A DNA stretch of 32,000 nucleotides from Aquifex aeolicus VF5 (lineage in GTDB: Bacteria > Aquificota > Aquificia > Aquificales > Aquificaceae). The notes beneath the pieces are model-generated. The model did not search any database. It saw nothing but the letters and a program-made list of their open reading frames with translations, and had not been told where the DNA came from. Below are positions 31,696 to 32,000 of this stretch, piece by piece. The stretch lies in the NCBI RefSeq assembly GCF_000008625.1, contig NC_000918.1:1410001-1442000 (forward strand), written 5' to 3'. Made by a program: the position numbers and the translations under genes. The first letter of the stretch is position 1, and each line of letters starts with the position of its first letter.

Positions 31696-32000
31696 TGGCT
31701 ACGGACTACCAAACCATCTACATACTGGGCGGGGGGATGCTTCTACAGGAGAGGAAGCTGGACGTTTCTACAAACAACATGGCAAACGTAAACACTCCCG
31801 CTTTTAAAAAAGACTACCTCACGGCGGTAAGCTATTACGTCCCGAACGGACAAAAGGTTCAAAACACAAACCCTTTTGAGCCTTCTAACAACTACGTCTA
31901 CCCGATAGTGAATGAAGTAATACCCGTGCTTTCTCAGGGAGCACTGGTCAAAACTGAAAATCCCCTCGATTTGGCCATAGAAGGTGAAGGCTTCTTTGCG
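31695..32000 (+). CDS. Flagellar basal-body rod protein (FlgF/FlgG family), N-terminal part running off the window
   Basis: Hand translation from the ATG at 31695 gives MATDYQTIYILGGGMLLQERKLDVSTNNMANVNTPAFKKDYL...LDLAIEGEGFFA, open to position 32000. NNMANVNTPAFK is the flg_bb_rod signature. The start overlaps the upstream stop as TAATG. Confidence 0.8.
   Translation, partial: MATDYQTIYILGGGMLLQERKLDVSTNNMANVNTPAFKKDYLTAVSYYVPNGQKVQNTNPFEPSNNYVYPIVNEVIPVLSQGALVKTENPLDLAIEGEGFFA

Overview
The window is a gene-dense stretch of bacterial chromosome, roughly 93% coding. Many adjacent genes overlap or abut, and intergenic DNA is AT-rich. The proteins are very rich in K/E/I/V, the CRISPR repeat resembles thermophile repeats, and IF-2 is 805 aa. 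I infer from this an Aquificae hyperthermophile, most likely Aquifex aeolicus or a close relative. Most of the content is housekeeping: rpsB, hslO, flhB, protoporphyrinogen oxidase, pstSCA, guaB, a KhtT/KhtU-like K+/H+ antiporter pair, infB, queE, atpG-atpD, rplI, ccsA, folC, rnr and the start of a flagellar rod gene. I found no rRNA or tRNA genes. Items worth a second look: (1) a cas-less mini-CRISPR array of 3 repeats and 2 spacers at 8900-9060, ending 66 nt before pstS and abutting a Pho-box-like direct repeat; (2) a 938-aa beta-propeller / coiled-coil / AAA_5 ATPase fusion, apparently co-transcribed with Hsp33 and rpsB; (3) a GC-rich pseudoknot-capable element that can sequester the rpsB Shine-Dalgarno; (4) tldD interrupted by an in-frame TGA at a conserved glycine; (5) a DUF374 gene split by a 1-nt frameshift; (6) an HD-GYP/GGDEF fusion and an EAL-like/HDOD protein; (7) a DeoR-HTH/TRASH/NosL-like putative metal-sensing regulator translationally coupled to a flagellar rod gene; (8) two secreted DsrE-like paralogs, one sitting where pstB is normally found. 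I cannot demonstrate a new system from sequence alone. The best candidate is the propeller-AAA protein together with Hsp33.
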